DNA of 64,000 bases from an uncultured Spirochaetota bacterium. GTDB lineage: Bacteria > Spirochaetota > UBA4802 > UBA5550. Of the stretch, positions 52,764 through 63,165 are shown one piece after another (within the stretch, counting starts at the first letter, position 1; every line of letters begins with the position of its first letter). A model generated the notes under the pieces. It was not told the DNA's origin. It made no database searches and saw only the letters and a list, made by a program, of their open reading frames with translations. The position numbers and the translations under genes are program-made. Location of the stretch: the NCBI GenBank assembly GCA_963827275.1, contig CAWHAA010000004.1, positions 416,001-480,000 on the forward strand, read 5' to 3'.

Positions 52764-54398
52764 ATGAACTGGCTCTCACTTCCGCCGGCGCTCATGGCGG
52801 CGGTTTCAACCTATGTTGGCGTGTATTATCTCTGGCTGCATGTCAGGCGGCGGTCAGAACCGGAAAACCTGGCATTCGCCGCCGCCAGCCTTTCCATCGC
52901 CCTCTACGACGTGTTCTGCGCCGGGCTGTATAACGCAGCGAGCCCGGGCCAGGGTATCTTCTGGCAGCGGGGACAGTTCGCGATCCTCGCACTGTTCGTG
53001 ATCTCCGTCTCCTGGTTTATCTATCACTTCATTTCATACAGGTCCAGGGCCCCGTTCATCGCAATAACCGCCGTGATGTCTGCCTTCCTGCTGACGGGCC
53101 TGCTCGTCGATGGCGAGCTGACGCTGTCGCCGGCGCACCCCTTCGTGAAGGTGATCAGCCTCGGAATACTGACGGCGACCTATAACGAGGTGGATCCCGG
53201 CATCATCTATACATTGCAGTATGGCGCCATGCTTTGCACGGGAGGGTTCCTGTTTTATCAGCTGGTGAAAAGTTACCGGCAGGATGAACAGGTGTACGCG
53301 AGGCCCATACTGGTCTCGATGGTCCTGATTTTCGGCGCCGGCGTGAATGACGTCCTGGTCGGCGCCGGCGTGTATCCCTTTGTGTATCTTCTGGAATACG
53401 CCTATCTCTTCATCATTCTCTCCATGGCATACGTCCTCCAGGAGCGCTTTATCATGCTGAACCGCGAGGTGGAGGAACTGACGCTCCAGCTCGAGGAGAA
53501 GGTGGACGACCGCACCATGGAGCTTTTTTTGAGCGAGATCGCCCGCGACCTCTACGCGGGGATCTCCGGGGACGCGGGGGACCAGGCAGGGAAGGATGGA
53601 GCCGCCGGGACGTCTGTCCGCACCCTCAGCCAGGACGTCAGCATCATCATGAATTTCGACAGGCTGCTGAAGCGCTCGCTGGAAAAGGCGGTTGAAATAT
53701 CCGGTTCGGACGCGGGGTGGCTGTACATGGCGGGCGGCAGCGGGCTGGATCTCGCGGCGCAGACGGGAGCCGAAGCGCCGTCCCCGTATATTTCGTCGAC
53801 AGCTGCCGATGTCATGAATGCCAACCGGTATCGCATTGACGCCGGAAACACCGTCACGGGCGTGATGTGCCTCTTCGTGCCGGTCAACGTTCGTGAACGG
53901 GCCTTCGGGGTCTGCTGCTTCCAGCGGAGCGCCGCCCGGGGGGTTTACAGCGAGCGGGAACTGCGGGTCGTCACGGCCTTCATCGGCCAGGCGTCATCCG
54001 CAATGGAAAACGCGTACCTGTACCAGCGCATGGTCGACCGGAACGAGACCGCGCGCCGGCATGCCGTGACCCCCGGCATAGAGGAGAAGATGAAAAAGGC
54101 CATGGCCTATATAAATGAAAATTACAAAGCGAATATATCGCGCGAAGGGCTGGCGGCGTCGATCAACATGCACCCTGATTCTTTCGGCCGCTTCTTTAAG
54201 ATATACACCGGCAGGAAAATCAGCGAATATATCAACGAGCTCAGGGTCATTGATACGGCTGCGAAGCTCCGGGAAACCGACCGGAGTATCATCGATATCG
54301 CGTTTGACGCGGGGTTCGAGAGCCTCCCCACCTTCAACAGGGCATTCTTGAAAATCATGAAGGCGACGCCGACCCAGTACCGCGAGAAGGGAAAATAA
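52764..54398 (+). CDS. Membrane (multi-TM) + GAF + AraC regulator
   Basis: TM block, coiled coil LEEKVDDRT, GAF-like (LFVPV...QASSAMENA), ISREGLAA, AGFESLPTFNRAF. Confidence 0.9.
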   Translation: MNWLSLPPALMAAVSTYVGVYYLWLHVRRRSEPENLAFAAASLSIALYDVFCAGLYNAASPGQGIFWQRGQFAILALFVISVSWFIYHFISYRSRAPFIAITAVMSAFLLTGLLVDGELTLSPAHPFVKVISLGILTATYNEVDPGIIYTLQYGAMLCTGGFLFYQLVKSYRQDEQVYARPILVSMVLIFGAGVNDVLVGAGVYPFVYLLEYAYLFIILSMAYVLQERFIMLNREVEELTLQLEEKVDDRTMELFLSEIARDLYAGISGDAGDQAGKDGAAGTSVRTLSQDVSIIMNFDRLLKRSLEKAVEISGSDAGWLYMAGGSGLDLAAQTGAEAPSPYISSTAADVMNANRYRIDAGNTVTGVMCLFVPVNVRERAFGVCCFQRSAARGVYSERELRVVTAFIGQASSAMENAYLYQRMVDRNETARRHAVTPGIEEKMKKAMAYINENYKANISREGLAASINMHPDSFGRFFKIYTGRKISEYINELRVIDTAAKLRETDRSIIDIAFDAGFESLPTFNRAFLKIMKATPTQYREKGK

Positions 54399-54612
54399 TC
54401 CGGCGGTCATTGCGGCGAATCCCGTTTCAACCGGGATGATGAAGTACACCGGCCGATTCCGGTAACGGTTAAATTGATAGTTCGGGATCAGTGTCCGGTT
54501 TTTCCTGTGCTGCCGTAATTGATGGTGACGGCATGTTTCAATTTCTGATCCATCTGTTTTTGATAGGAAGCGGCCTTAAAAACCGCGTATAGTTGCTCTC
54601 GAGGATATACCA

Positions 54613-56214
54613 ATGACCGAAACGTATGTTGTCACCCACGATGTAGGGACCACGGGAAACAAATCGTGCGTTTTCCGTATCGGCGAAACACTCGAGCTTG
54701 TCGACTCATGCCTGGTGGAATACCCGCTCTATATCACGCCCGGCGGCGGGGTGGAGCAGAAGGCGGACGAGTGGTGGGCCGCGATATGCTCCGCAACGAA
54801 GACGATCATGGCGCGCTCGGGTATCAGGCCGGCGCAGGTCAGCGCGATGACCTTCTGCGCGCAGCTCCAGGGATCGGTGTTTGTCGATGAATCGGGCCGG
54901 CCGGTCAGGGACCCGATGAACTACATGGACGGGCGCTCGACAGAACAGATCGCACGCTATCTTTATAACGGCCTGGTCAGGATAGACGGCAAATGGAACG
55001 CGCTGACCGCGCTCAACTGGCTCCGTATCACGGGCGGGCTTGCCGCCACCGCGAAGGACCCTCTCTGGAAATACCACTGGGTGAAGGAGAATGAGCCCGG
55101 GCTCTTCGGGCGCGCGGTGAAATGGCTCGACGTGAAGGACTACCTGGTGCTTCGGTGCACCGGAACGTACGGCATGACGCACGATTCGGCGCACCTCACG
55201 TTCCTGTACGATACCCGTCCCGGAAGGCAGGGCTGGCACCGTGGGCTGTGCCGGAAGTTCGACGTGGACATGGCTCTCCTGCCGCCGGTGGTGGATTCCA
55301 CCGATATCGTGGGCGGCCTGCTCCCGGGCCCGGCGGCGGAGATGGGCCTCGCCGAGGGCATCCCCGTGTTCGGCGGCGGCGGCGATACCACGCTGACCGC
55401 CATCGGCGCCGGCTGCCTGGAGCGGTACGACACCCATATCTACGTGGGCACGTCCGGCTGGGTCTGTTCGAACGTCGACCGGCGCATGGTGGACATAGGC
55501 AATTTTCTCGCGTCGATCCTCGGGGCCATCCCCGGTTTGTATAACTATACCGGCGAGCAGGAGACCTCCGGGGCCTGCCTGAAGTGGGTGCGGGACCATC
55601 TGGCGCTCGACGAGATCGGTATGTACCTGGAGGCGCAGCATGTCGTGGAGAAGACGAAGGAATACGACAGCCTCTTTGAGTTCCTGAACAGCGTCATCAG
55701 CCGTACCCCCGAAGGCGCCGGCAACGTGCTTTTCACGCCGTGGCTCCACGGGAACCGGTCGCCGCGTGAGGACCCCAACGCACGCGGCATGTTCTTCAAC
55801 CTCGGGCTGGACACCGGCAAGCGGCAGATGATCCGCGCGGTCCTGGAGGGGATGGCCTTTCACAAGCGCTGGATCCTGGAGGCCATGGAGCGGAAGATCC
55901 CCCGGCGCGAATCCCTCCGTTTCGTGGGCGGCGGCGCACGGTCTGAAGTAGGCTGCCAGATCATGGCCGATATCACCGGCCGCGCCATCGAGACGGTGGC
56001 GGACCCCCAGAACGCGGGCACGGTCGGCGCGACGGTGGTGTGCGCCGTGGGACTCGGGCTCTTTAAGACCTTCGGCGAGGCGAAGCGCCTTATCCCCGCG
56101 GTGAAGACCTACTGGCCCCGGAAGGAATTCCGCGGCCTGTATGACAAGAATTTTGAAGTATTTAAGAAATTATACGATGCAAACAAAAAGCTGTTCGCGA
56201 CCCTGAACGGCTGA
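54613..56214 (+). CDS. FGGY-family carbohydrate kinase (xylulokinase-like)
   Basis: HDVGTTGNK, YMDGRS, DVKDYL, GGGD, VGTSGW, PWLHGNRSP, RAVLEG, VGGGARS. Confidence 0.94.
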   Translation: MTETYVVTHDVGTTGNKSCVFRIGETLELVDSCLVEYPLYITPGGGVEQKADEWWAAICSATKTIMARSGIRPAQVSAMTFCAQLQGSVFVDESGRPVRDPMNYMDGRSTEQIARYLYNGLVRIDGKWNALTALNWLRITGGLAATAKDPLWKYHWVKENEPGLFGRAVKWLDVKDYLVLRCTGTYGMTHDSAHLTFLYDTRPGRQGWHRGLCRKFDVDMALLPPVVDSTDIVGGLLPGPAAEMGLAEGIPVFGGGGDTTLTAIGAGCLERYDTHIYVGTSGWVCSNVDRRMVDIGNFLASILGAIPGLYNYTGEQETSGACLKWVRDHLALDEIGMYLEAQHVVEKTKEYDSLFEFLNSVISRTPEGAGNVLFTPWLHGNRSPREDPNARGMFFNLGLDTGKRQMIRAVLEGMAFHKRWILEAMERKIPRRESLRFVGGGARSEVGCQIMADITGRAIETVADPQNAGTVGATVVCAVGLGLFKTFGEAKRLIPAVKTYWPRKEFRGLYDKNFEVFKKLYDANKKLFATLNG

Positions 56215-56225
56215 GGAGGAACTTC

Positions 56226-56915
56226 GTGGGAAAATATGATGAATACAAAAAGATGGTCTATGACTGCACCATGGATCTGGTGCGCGAGGGCTATATACAG
56301 GGCCTCGGCGGAAACGTGTCGATGCTGGTCGAGGGAGAGGACGTGGCGGTGGTCACGCCGTCACAGCGCGAGTACCATACGATCACCATTGACGATATCT
56401 GCGTTGTTGACTTTGACCTGAAACCGGTTGACGACAACGGGCTCAAGCCGTCGGTTGAAACGGGCATGCACATCGCCGTCTACAGGAACCGGAAGGACGT
56501 AAGCGCGGTGGTGCACACGCACCAGGCGTACGCGAGCGTCTTTGCCATTATTAACACCCCGATCCCCGCCCTGTTCGACGAGGTGGCGAGCACGATCGGC
56601 CCGCTGGTCGAGGTGGTGCCGTACGGGCTGTCGGGCAGTCCCCAGCTCCTTGAAAACGTCGTGTCGAAGCTCGGCAACCGGGGGAACTGCTACATTATCC
56701 AGAACCACGGCATCCTGGCGCTCGGGGCCGACCTCCCGAAGGCGAAGCGCGCCGCCGAGCTCCTGGAAAAATGCGCGAAGGTCTATTGCCGCGCCCTTGC
56801 CACCGGCAAAGAGGTCACCCTCCTGCCGGACAACATGCGGGAGCTCATGGGGAAGATCGTCATGAACAAGCAGGATGCGGAGATCAAGCGGAAGGAAGAG
56901 ATGAAGAAGGGGTGA
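56226..56915 (+). CDS. Class II aldolase (fuculose-1-phosphate aldolase-like)
   Basis: GGNVS, TPS, KPSVETGMH, VVHTH, QNHG. Confidence 0.93.
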   Translation: MGKYDEYKKMVYDCTMDLVREGYIQGLGGNVSMLVEGEDVAVVTPSQREYHTITIDDICVVDFDLKPVDDNGLKPSVETGMHIAVYRNRKDVSAVVHTHQAYASVFAIINTPIPALFDEVASTIGPLVEVVPYGLSGSPQLLENVVSKLGNRGNCYIIQNHGILALGADLPKAKRAAELLEKCAKVYCRALATGKEVTLLPDNMRELMGKIVMNKQDAEIKRKEEMKKG

Positions 56916-56917
56916 TG

Positions 56918-56981
56918 TCCCTCTCCCCCGGCCCCTCTCCCATTAATGAAAGAAGAGGGTGCGCGGCAGCGCGGGTGAGGG
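56918..56981. repeat. REP-like CCCTCTCCC...GGGTGAGGG repeat inside the operon
   Basis: TCCCTCTCCCCCGGCCCCTCTCCC...AGAGGG...GCGGGTGAGGG. Confidence 0.55.
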
Positions 56982-57030
56982 CGATCAGCTTCATGACATT
57001 AAAAAAATACTTTATCAGCAGGAGTTTATC

Positions 57031-58499
57031 ATGAACACCAAACAGCAATACTCGATATCATACTGGCCCGATACTGAAGAACTTCAAAAGCGGCTGTACC
57101 ACCTTGCGAACGAGCTGCCCATTCATCAGATAAAGCGCGACAAGATGGATGAATACCTGAAGCACTTTGACACGAAGTGCGCGGGATCGAAAAAAATGAC
57201 CGACCGCGCCAAGGAGCTGATCCCCGGCGGCGTGCAGCACAACCTTGCGTTCAACTATCCCTTCCCGCTCGCGATCACGAAGGCGGACGGCGCCTACCTC
57301 TGGGACGTGGACGGCAACCGCTACCTCGATTTCCTGCAGGCGGGCGGCCCCACGCTGCTGGGAAGCAATTACCGGCCGGTGCAGGAAAAGGTGATCGAGG
57401 TGATACGCGAGAGCGGCCCCGTGACCGGGCTTTTCCACGAGTACGAGCTGAAGCTCGCCGAGCTGATCCACCAGCACGTGCCCTCGGTCGAAATGTTCCG
57501 CATGCTGATGAGCGGCACCGAGGCGGACATGGCCGCGGTGCGCGCGGCGCGCTGCTTCACCGGGAAGAAATACATCATCAAGAACGGCGGCGCCTATCAC
57601 GGCTGGAGCGACCAGTTCGTATTCGGCATGCGGGTGCCGGGGGTCGGCCCCCTGGACGCGCACGGCATACCGGCAGGGTGCTACCAGTTCACCAAGGAAG
57701 TGTTCCCGAACGACATCGACGCGCTCCAGAAGCGCATGGAGGAGAACGAAAAGGACGGCGGCACCGCCGCGGTATTCGTGGAGCCGCTGGGCCCGGAGAG
57801 CGGCACAAGGCCGGTCCTCCGCGACTATAACAAGAACCTGAGGGAGCTGTGCGACCGCTTCGGCGCGCTCCTGGTGTTCGACGAGGTGGTGACCGGGTTC
57901 CGCGTGGGCCTGGGCGGCGCCCAGGGCTACTTCAACGTGAAGCCGGACCTCACGGTCTTCGGCAAGTGCGTGGCGGGCGGCTACCCGGGCGCCGGCGGCG
58001 TGGGCGGCCGCAAGGACGTCATGTCGTGCTACGCGGCCGGCCTTGCCGGCGGGCCGGGCGGGAAGCGCGCCTTCGTGGGCGGCACCCTGTCGGCCAACCC
58101 GCTTTCGCTGCGCCGCCGGGTATTATCGCCATCAAGGCGATCGAGGAGACCGGCGCTCACCTCAAGGCGGGCGCGGCCGGCGACCGGCTCACGAAGGGGC
58201 TCTCTGATATATTCGAGCGGAACAAGCTCCCCTTCGTGGCCTTCAACCACGGCTCGATCTGCCACATGGAGACCGGCGCGGCCATGCTCATGGACATCAA
58301 GAACCCCAATATCTTCAAGGAAGTGGGGGCCCGGAAGAAGGTCATGGAGGAGATGGGCGCGGCGCTCACGGCGGAGGGGATCATCACCCTCGCCGGCAGC
58401 CGGCTCTACTGCAGCATGGCGGACACGGACGATGTGATCGACGACGCGCTCGAGCGCCTCGACCGCATCTTCAAGAACATCGAGGTGAAGCAGGGCTGA
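57031..58499 (+). CDS. Class III PLP aminotransferase (GSA-aminomutase-like), frameshifted near 58108-58127
   Basis: IPGGV, WDVDGNRYLD, SGTEA, AYHGWSD, FDEVVTGFR, DLTVFGK, GGTLSANP; removing two single bases restores LSCAAGYYAIKAIEE. Confidence 0.9.
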
Positions 58500-58624
58500 A
58501 CGAATATATGCCCGGATGCGGGGCTGCCGCGCGGCGCCGGCGCGGACAGGGGTGATTTTGTTATGGACAGGCGGGGCCTTGCGGGGTAAAGATTGAATAC
58601 TGCCAGGGGGGAGGTGCAGATACG

Positions 58625-59875
58625 ATGAAGGAAGAAGCTCAATACAAAGTTTACGGTTACCGGTGGGTCGTCCTGCTGGTGTTCGTAGTAATCACGGTAA
58701 TAATCCAGATGCAGTGGCTCACCTTCGCGCCGATCGCCAGGCAGGCCAGGGCCTTCTACGGCGCCACCGCTTCGCAGATCGACCTGCTTTCCGAGATCTT
58801 CATGTATGTGTTTCTGGTGGCGTGCATTCCCGCGGCCTATATCATCAACAGGTTCGGGATCCGCGTCGGGATCGGGATTGGCGCGGTTTTTACCGGCGTG
58901 TTTGGCCTTACCAAGGGGGTCTTCGCTGACAGCTACTCCATGGTGGTCGCATCGCAGATCGGGCTGGGGATCGCCCAGCCTTTCATTATCAGCGCTGTGA
59001 CCAAGGTGGCGGTGCACTGGTTTCCCATCAATGAGCGGGCGACCGCCGTGGGCCTTGCCACCCTCGCGCAGTTCCTGGGTATGATTATCGTGAACATCGT
59101 CACCCCGTTTATCGTGACCGTGGTAACGACGGCCGGCGTTGAGCGCTACGACCTGCAGGGCATGCTCCTCGCGTATGGCATCGTGTCGGTTGCGGGCGCG
59201 CTGCTCTTTCTGGTTTTCATGAGGGAAAATCCGCCGACGCCTGCGGGCCCGGAGGGAGACGAGGAGCGCTTCCTTACGGTCGCGGGGATCAGGCATATTT
59301 TCAGGCACCGGGACATGCTCCTGGTCATGGTCCTCTTCTTTCTCGGTCTGGGGATGTTCAACGCCATCGCGACCTGCATCGACCAGATCAGCGAAGCCAA
59401 GGGTTTTACCAGCGACCAGAGCGGGATGACCATGGGGCTGATGCTCATCGCCGGCATTGTCGGCGCCGTTGTGGTGCCCCCCCTCTCCGACAAGCTGCGG
59501 AAGCGGAAGCCCTTCCTGGTCGTTTCCCTCGCGCTCCTCATTCCGGGGATCATCGGCATGACCTTTGTGACGGAGTACCCCCTGATGCTGGCGTCCGCCG
59601 GGGTAATGGGGTTTTTCCTTCTCGGGGCGGCAGCCCCCATCGGCTTCCAGTACGGCGCCGAGGTCAGTTTCCCCGCACCGGAGTCGCTGTCGCAGGGCAT
59701 CATCCTCTTTGCCGGGCAGATATCGGGGATCATCTTCGTTACCGGCATGAACAGCCTCGGTATGATCGTGTCCCTGAAAATATTCATCGTCCTGGCGGCG
59801 GTGAACCTGTTATGCTCCCTGCTGCTGAGAGAATCGCCCAGGATGCTGGCCGGCGATACGCAGCGGAACCCGTGA
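58625..59875 (+). CDS. MFS transporter (FLVCR/SLC49-like)
   Basis: YKVYGYRWVVL, QWLTFAPI, AQPF, WFPINERATA, PPTP, AEVSFP. Confidence 0.9.
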   Translation: MKEEAQYKVYGYRWVVLLVFVVITVIIQMQWLTFAPIARQARAFYGATASQIDLLSEIFMYVFLVACIPAAYIINRFGIRVGIGIGAVFTGVFGLTKGVFADSYSMVVASQIGLGIAQPFIISAVTKVAVHWFPINERATAVGLATLAQFLGMIIVNIVTPFIVTVVTTAGVERYDLQGMLLAYGIVSVAGALLFLVFMRENPPTPAGPEGDEERFLTVAGIRHIFRHRDMLLVMVLFFLGLGMFNAIATCIDQISEAKGFTSDQSGMTMGLMLIAGIVGAVVVPPLSDKLRKRKPFLVVSLALLIPGIIGMTFVTEYPLMLASAGVMGFFLLGAAAPIGFQYGAEVSFPAPESLSQGIILFAGQISGIIFVTGMNSLGMIVSLKIFIVLAAVNLLCSLLLRESPRMLAGDTQRNP

Positions 59876-60083
59876 TCTGCGGGATTGTCCGTTATTGGAA
59901 GAAACAGCTTCAGTATTGATTGCAGGGACGCAGCGCGATTAATGTATTGATCTTTTGCTTCATTACACTTATATTGTATATAACCATATTCACCCCGGTA
60001 ACGGGGTGAATATGGTTATAATGCCCTTTCGGGCCCTTTCAAGGCACCGGCGGGCTTTACAATCTATATCTTCAGAGGGCGCA

Positions 60084-61641
60084 ATGATATCACGCATTAC
60101 CGGTTATTTTTTCAAGGCCTATGAAGACAGAGATTACGTCCTGCAGCAGAAATCCAGGATCATTTTTGTCATCAGCATAATAATACTCTGCCTTGTGCCG
60201 ATCATTATCGCGATGAACATTGTCACCGGGCAGGTGGCCTTTGAGCTGATTTTCCCTCTTGTCATGGCCATGGCGATTATCCTCATTGCCCTGTATTTTC
60301 TCAGGAAAGGATCGTACAGCATCGCCGCGCACATGATAATGGTAATCACCCTCCTGGCCGCGTGGTCGACGCTTTTTTTTGATGCCAGCAAAGACCCGGT
60401 CATGGTCCTGGATTCCATCGTGTATGTGCCGGGGATCCTTGTGCTCTCGTCCCTGGTCATTGTGGAAAAAAAATCAGCGATCCTCGTGTACACCGCGGCA
60501 AACACTCTCCTGCTGGGGGTTTTTATCTCCACCGCCGCAGGCAAATTCGCATTGAGCCAGGACGCGATCCTGGATTATCTGGTGGACAACGGCGTTGCTA
60601 TCATATTTGTCGGCCTCATCTCGTACCAGATATTCAAGATCAACAGGGCCGCGCTTGCCCGCTCGGAAGAAGCGGCCAGGAAGAACCAGGACCAGTACCG
60701 GGTGATAAAGGGCCTGTACGATTCGATCGGGGGCGTGACCGGGAAATTGACCAGCCACTCGGACGCATTGTCCCAGGAATCGAATTCCTACTCCACCGAA
60801 TCCCAGAGCCAGGCGTCGGCGATTGAGCAGATAACCGCGACGACGGAAGAGGTCTCGAGCGGGATGGACCTGGTGGTGGAGCATGTGGCGCGGCAGAACG
60901 CCGGGGTGCGCTCCCTCCTGGCCAATATAGAGACCCTGTCCGGTTCCATGCGAGGAGGTGGCGAAGCGGATACAGCGCTCCCGCTCCATAGCCGACGAGG
61001 TGTCGGACGTCGCAAACCGCGGCAGCGAGCTCCTCGGCGACATGAGCCGGAGCTTCTCCAAGGTAAACGAGAGCTCCGGGAAGATGACCGGCATCGTGGG
61101 CATGATCGGGGACATCTCCGACAAGACGAACCTGCTTTCGCTGAACGCGGCCATCGAGGCCGCCCGCGCCGGCGAGGCGGGCCGGGGCTTTGCGGTGGTC
61201 GCCGACGAGATCTCGAAGCTGGCCGACCAGACCGCGGCGAGCATCAAGGAGATCGACGGGCTCATCAAGTCGAACGTGGAGGAGATCGGCCGGGGCATGA
61301 CGAACGTCGAGGCGACGGTGAACACCATCATGCAGATCATCCAGGGAGTAACCAATATCAACGAGGAGATTGACGATGTGTCGCGCCAGATGGAGTCCCA
61401 GACGGACATCAACCGCAAGGTAACCGGCGAGGCGAAAGAAGTCGCCGGCATGTCGGACGAAATAAAGGGATCGATGCACGACCAGAAGACCGCCATCGCG
61501 GAAATAGTGAAATCAATTACCAACATTAACGAGATTACCCAGGTCTATTCTAATGGGGCCCGCACGCTGTCTGAAAAATCCAGGGACCTGGACCGGATGG
61601 TGCACGAGCTTCATGATATCACAAAAATCGCAGATGAATGA
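60084..61641 (+). CDS. Methyl-accepting chemotaxis protein (frameshift near 60951)
   Basis: TM N-terminus; [37 protein letters not shown] in downstream frame; deleting one C restores SMEEVAKR. Confidence 0.92.
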
Positions 61642-61725
61642 GTTTTTCCTCCTCGCGCGGTAAATTTCTTGAATTATAACGCGCTGTTCGTCATATAGGC
61701 ATGTCTCCGGACGTTATTTCAGCAC

Positions 61726-62436
61726 ATGGCCACGAGTATGGACAAGACCGATTTTACTGTAACACTGCCAGACGCCGCTATCGCCTTTTTTGACCTGGAT
61801 GAAACCATCACGGATGAGGACACGGACAGCCTCTGGGCCGTCTGGCGGTCGCACCGTGACCTCCGGGGGTGGGCCGAACGGGCATGGCTCATAAAGCTGT
61901 ATGGCGATTTCCGCGGCGGGCGCCTGAGCATCAATGCCTATATGAAGTACCAGCGCTTCCGCATCGGGTCGCTGACGCCGGACCAGTTCCGCGCGATGGG
62001 AAAGGAATTTTTCGAGGACACGGGCCGGGCGCATGTCTACCGGGCCGCCAGGGAGCTGGTCGGCGCGTACCGCGAATCGGGAAAAACGACCGTGCTCCTC
62101 ACCGCGCAGAATGAGTGCATCGCCGGGCCTTTTGCCGAGCACCTGGGCATGGACGGCATCATCGCGAACCGGTTCGCGGCCGACGGGGAAAGATTCACCG
62201 AGGCGCTGGAGCCGTACAGTTTCGGCGAGGGGAAGGTCCTGCTCGGCAGGAACTACGCGGAAGCGCGCGGTGTCCCGCTCGCGCGGTGCGCCTTCTACGG
62301 CGACAGTATTTATGACGCGCCGCTGCTTGAGCTCGTCGGCTTCCCCTGCGCCGTCAATCCCGATCCCATGCTGGAGGCCAGGGCCCGGCGCATGAACTGG
62401 CCGATCGCCCGCTTCAGCGGCGTTTCATCGCGATAA
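61726..62436 (+). CDS. HAD-IB family hydrolase (SerB-like)
   Basis: FFDLDETI, LLTA, GEGK, YGDSIYD, VNPD. Confidence 0.92.
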   Translation: MATSMDKTDFTVTLPDAAIAFFDLDETITDEDTDSLWAVWRSHRDLRGWAERAWLIKLYGDFRGGRLSINAYMKYQRFRIGSLTPDQFRAMGKEFFEDTGRAHVYRAARELVGAYRESGKTTVLLTAQNECIAGPFAEHLGMDGIIANRFAADGERFTEALEPYSFGEGKVLLGRNYAEARGVPLARCAFYGDSIYDAPLLELVGFPCAVNPDPMLEARARRMNWPIARFSGVSSR

Positions 62437-62463
62437 ATAACTTCCGGTACGCAGGGGCCTGTC

Positions 62464-63018
62464 ATGCCGCGTGAACCAATCAGGAAATTGACCGACCAGG
62501 AGCTGAAATCGGCGCGCCCCGCGCCTGAAGAGGTGCCGGGCCTGCCGCGCATCCCGGTCTCGGTGCTGTGTGAAGACATACGGAGCCTCTATAATGTCGG
62601 CTCGATCTTCCGCACCTCGGACGGCGCCGGGATCGAGAAGCTCTACCTGTGCGGGTATACCGGGTTTCCGCCCCGGGCGGAAATCGACAAGACCGCCCTG
62701 GGGAGCGTTGCCGCCGTTCCATGGGAGCGCCGGCCGAACCAGTTCGAGGTCCTCCGCGGGCTCAGGAAGCGGGGGTACCGGGCCGTGGCGCTGGAGCACA
62801 CCAGCGCCAGCGTCCCCTTTGACGAGGCGCGCTACGAGTTTCCCCTCTGCCTGGTCATAGGAAACGAGGTAAAGGGCGTTACGGAGGAGCTCCTTTCCCT
62901 GTGCGATATGGCAGTGGATATCCCCATGCACGGGAAAAAACAGTCGCTCAATGTCTCGGTTGCCTACGGGATCGCGATCTATCACCTTGCCGGGGTTTTT
63001 CGGGCGGGTAATGGATAA
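62464..63018 (+). CDS. TrmH/SpoU-family RNA methyltransferase
   Basis: DIRSLYNVGSIFRT, IGNEVKG, SLNVSVA. Confidence 0.93.
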   Translation: MPREPIRKLTDQELKSARPAPEEVPGLPRIPVSVLCEDIRSLYNVGSIFRTSDGAGIEKLYLCGYTGFPPRAEIDKTALGSVAAVPWERRPNQFEVLRGLRKRGYRAVALEHTSASVPFDEARYEFPLCLVIGNEVKGVTEELLSLCDMAVDIPMHGKKQSLNVSVAYGIAIYHLAGVFRAGNG

Positions 63019-63165
63019 AAAAATAATTTTTACCATTGACGCCGGGTTCGTAACAATAGTATTTGTATAGATATATCCCAATTACATTCATTGTCCGCAC
63101 CGGTGCCAGCGGCCTCCGCCAGGGAGGCCGGCCATGACCCGGCTGCCGATTATTACAGAGGTACC

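Noticed and set aside
54470..54570. TTGAT direct repeats as AraC boxes
   Set aside because: Too short and unevenly spaced (45 and 41 bp) to exceed chance by eye.
54613..56915. Assigning xylB or fucA/araD
   Set aside because: Only family-level motifs are visible; no isomerase or sugar transporter typical of those pathways.
57031..58499. Calling the aminotransferase hemL
   Set aside because: N-terminal extension, divergent motifs and kinase/aldolase context with no tetrapyrrole genes.
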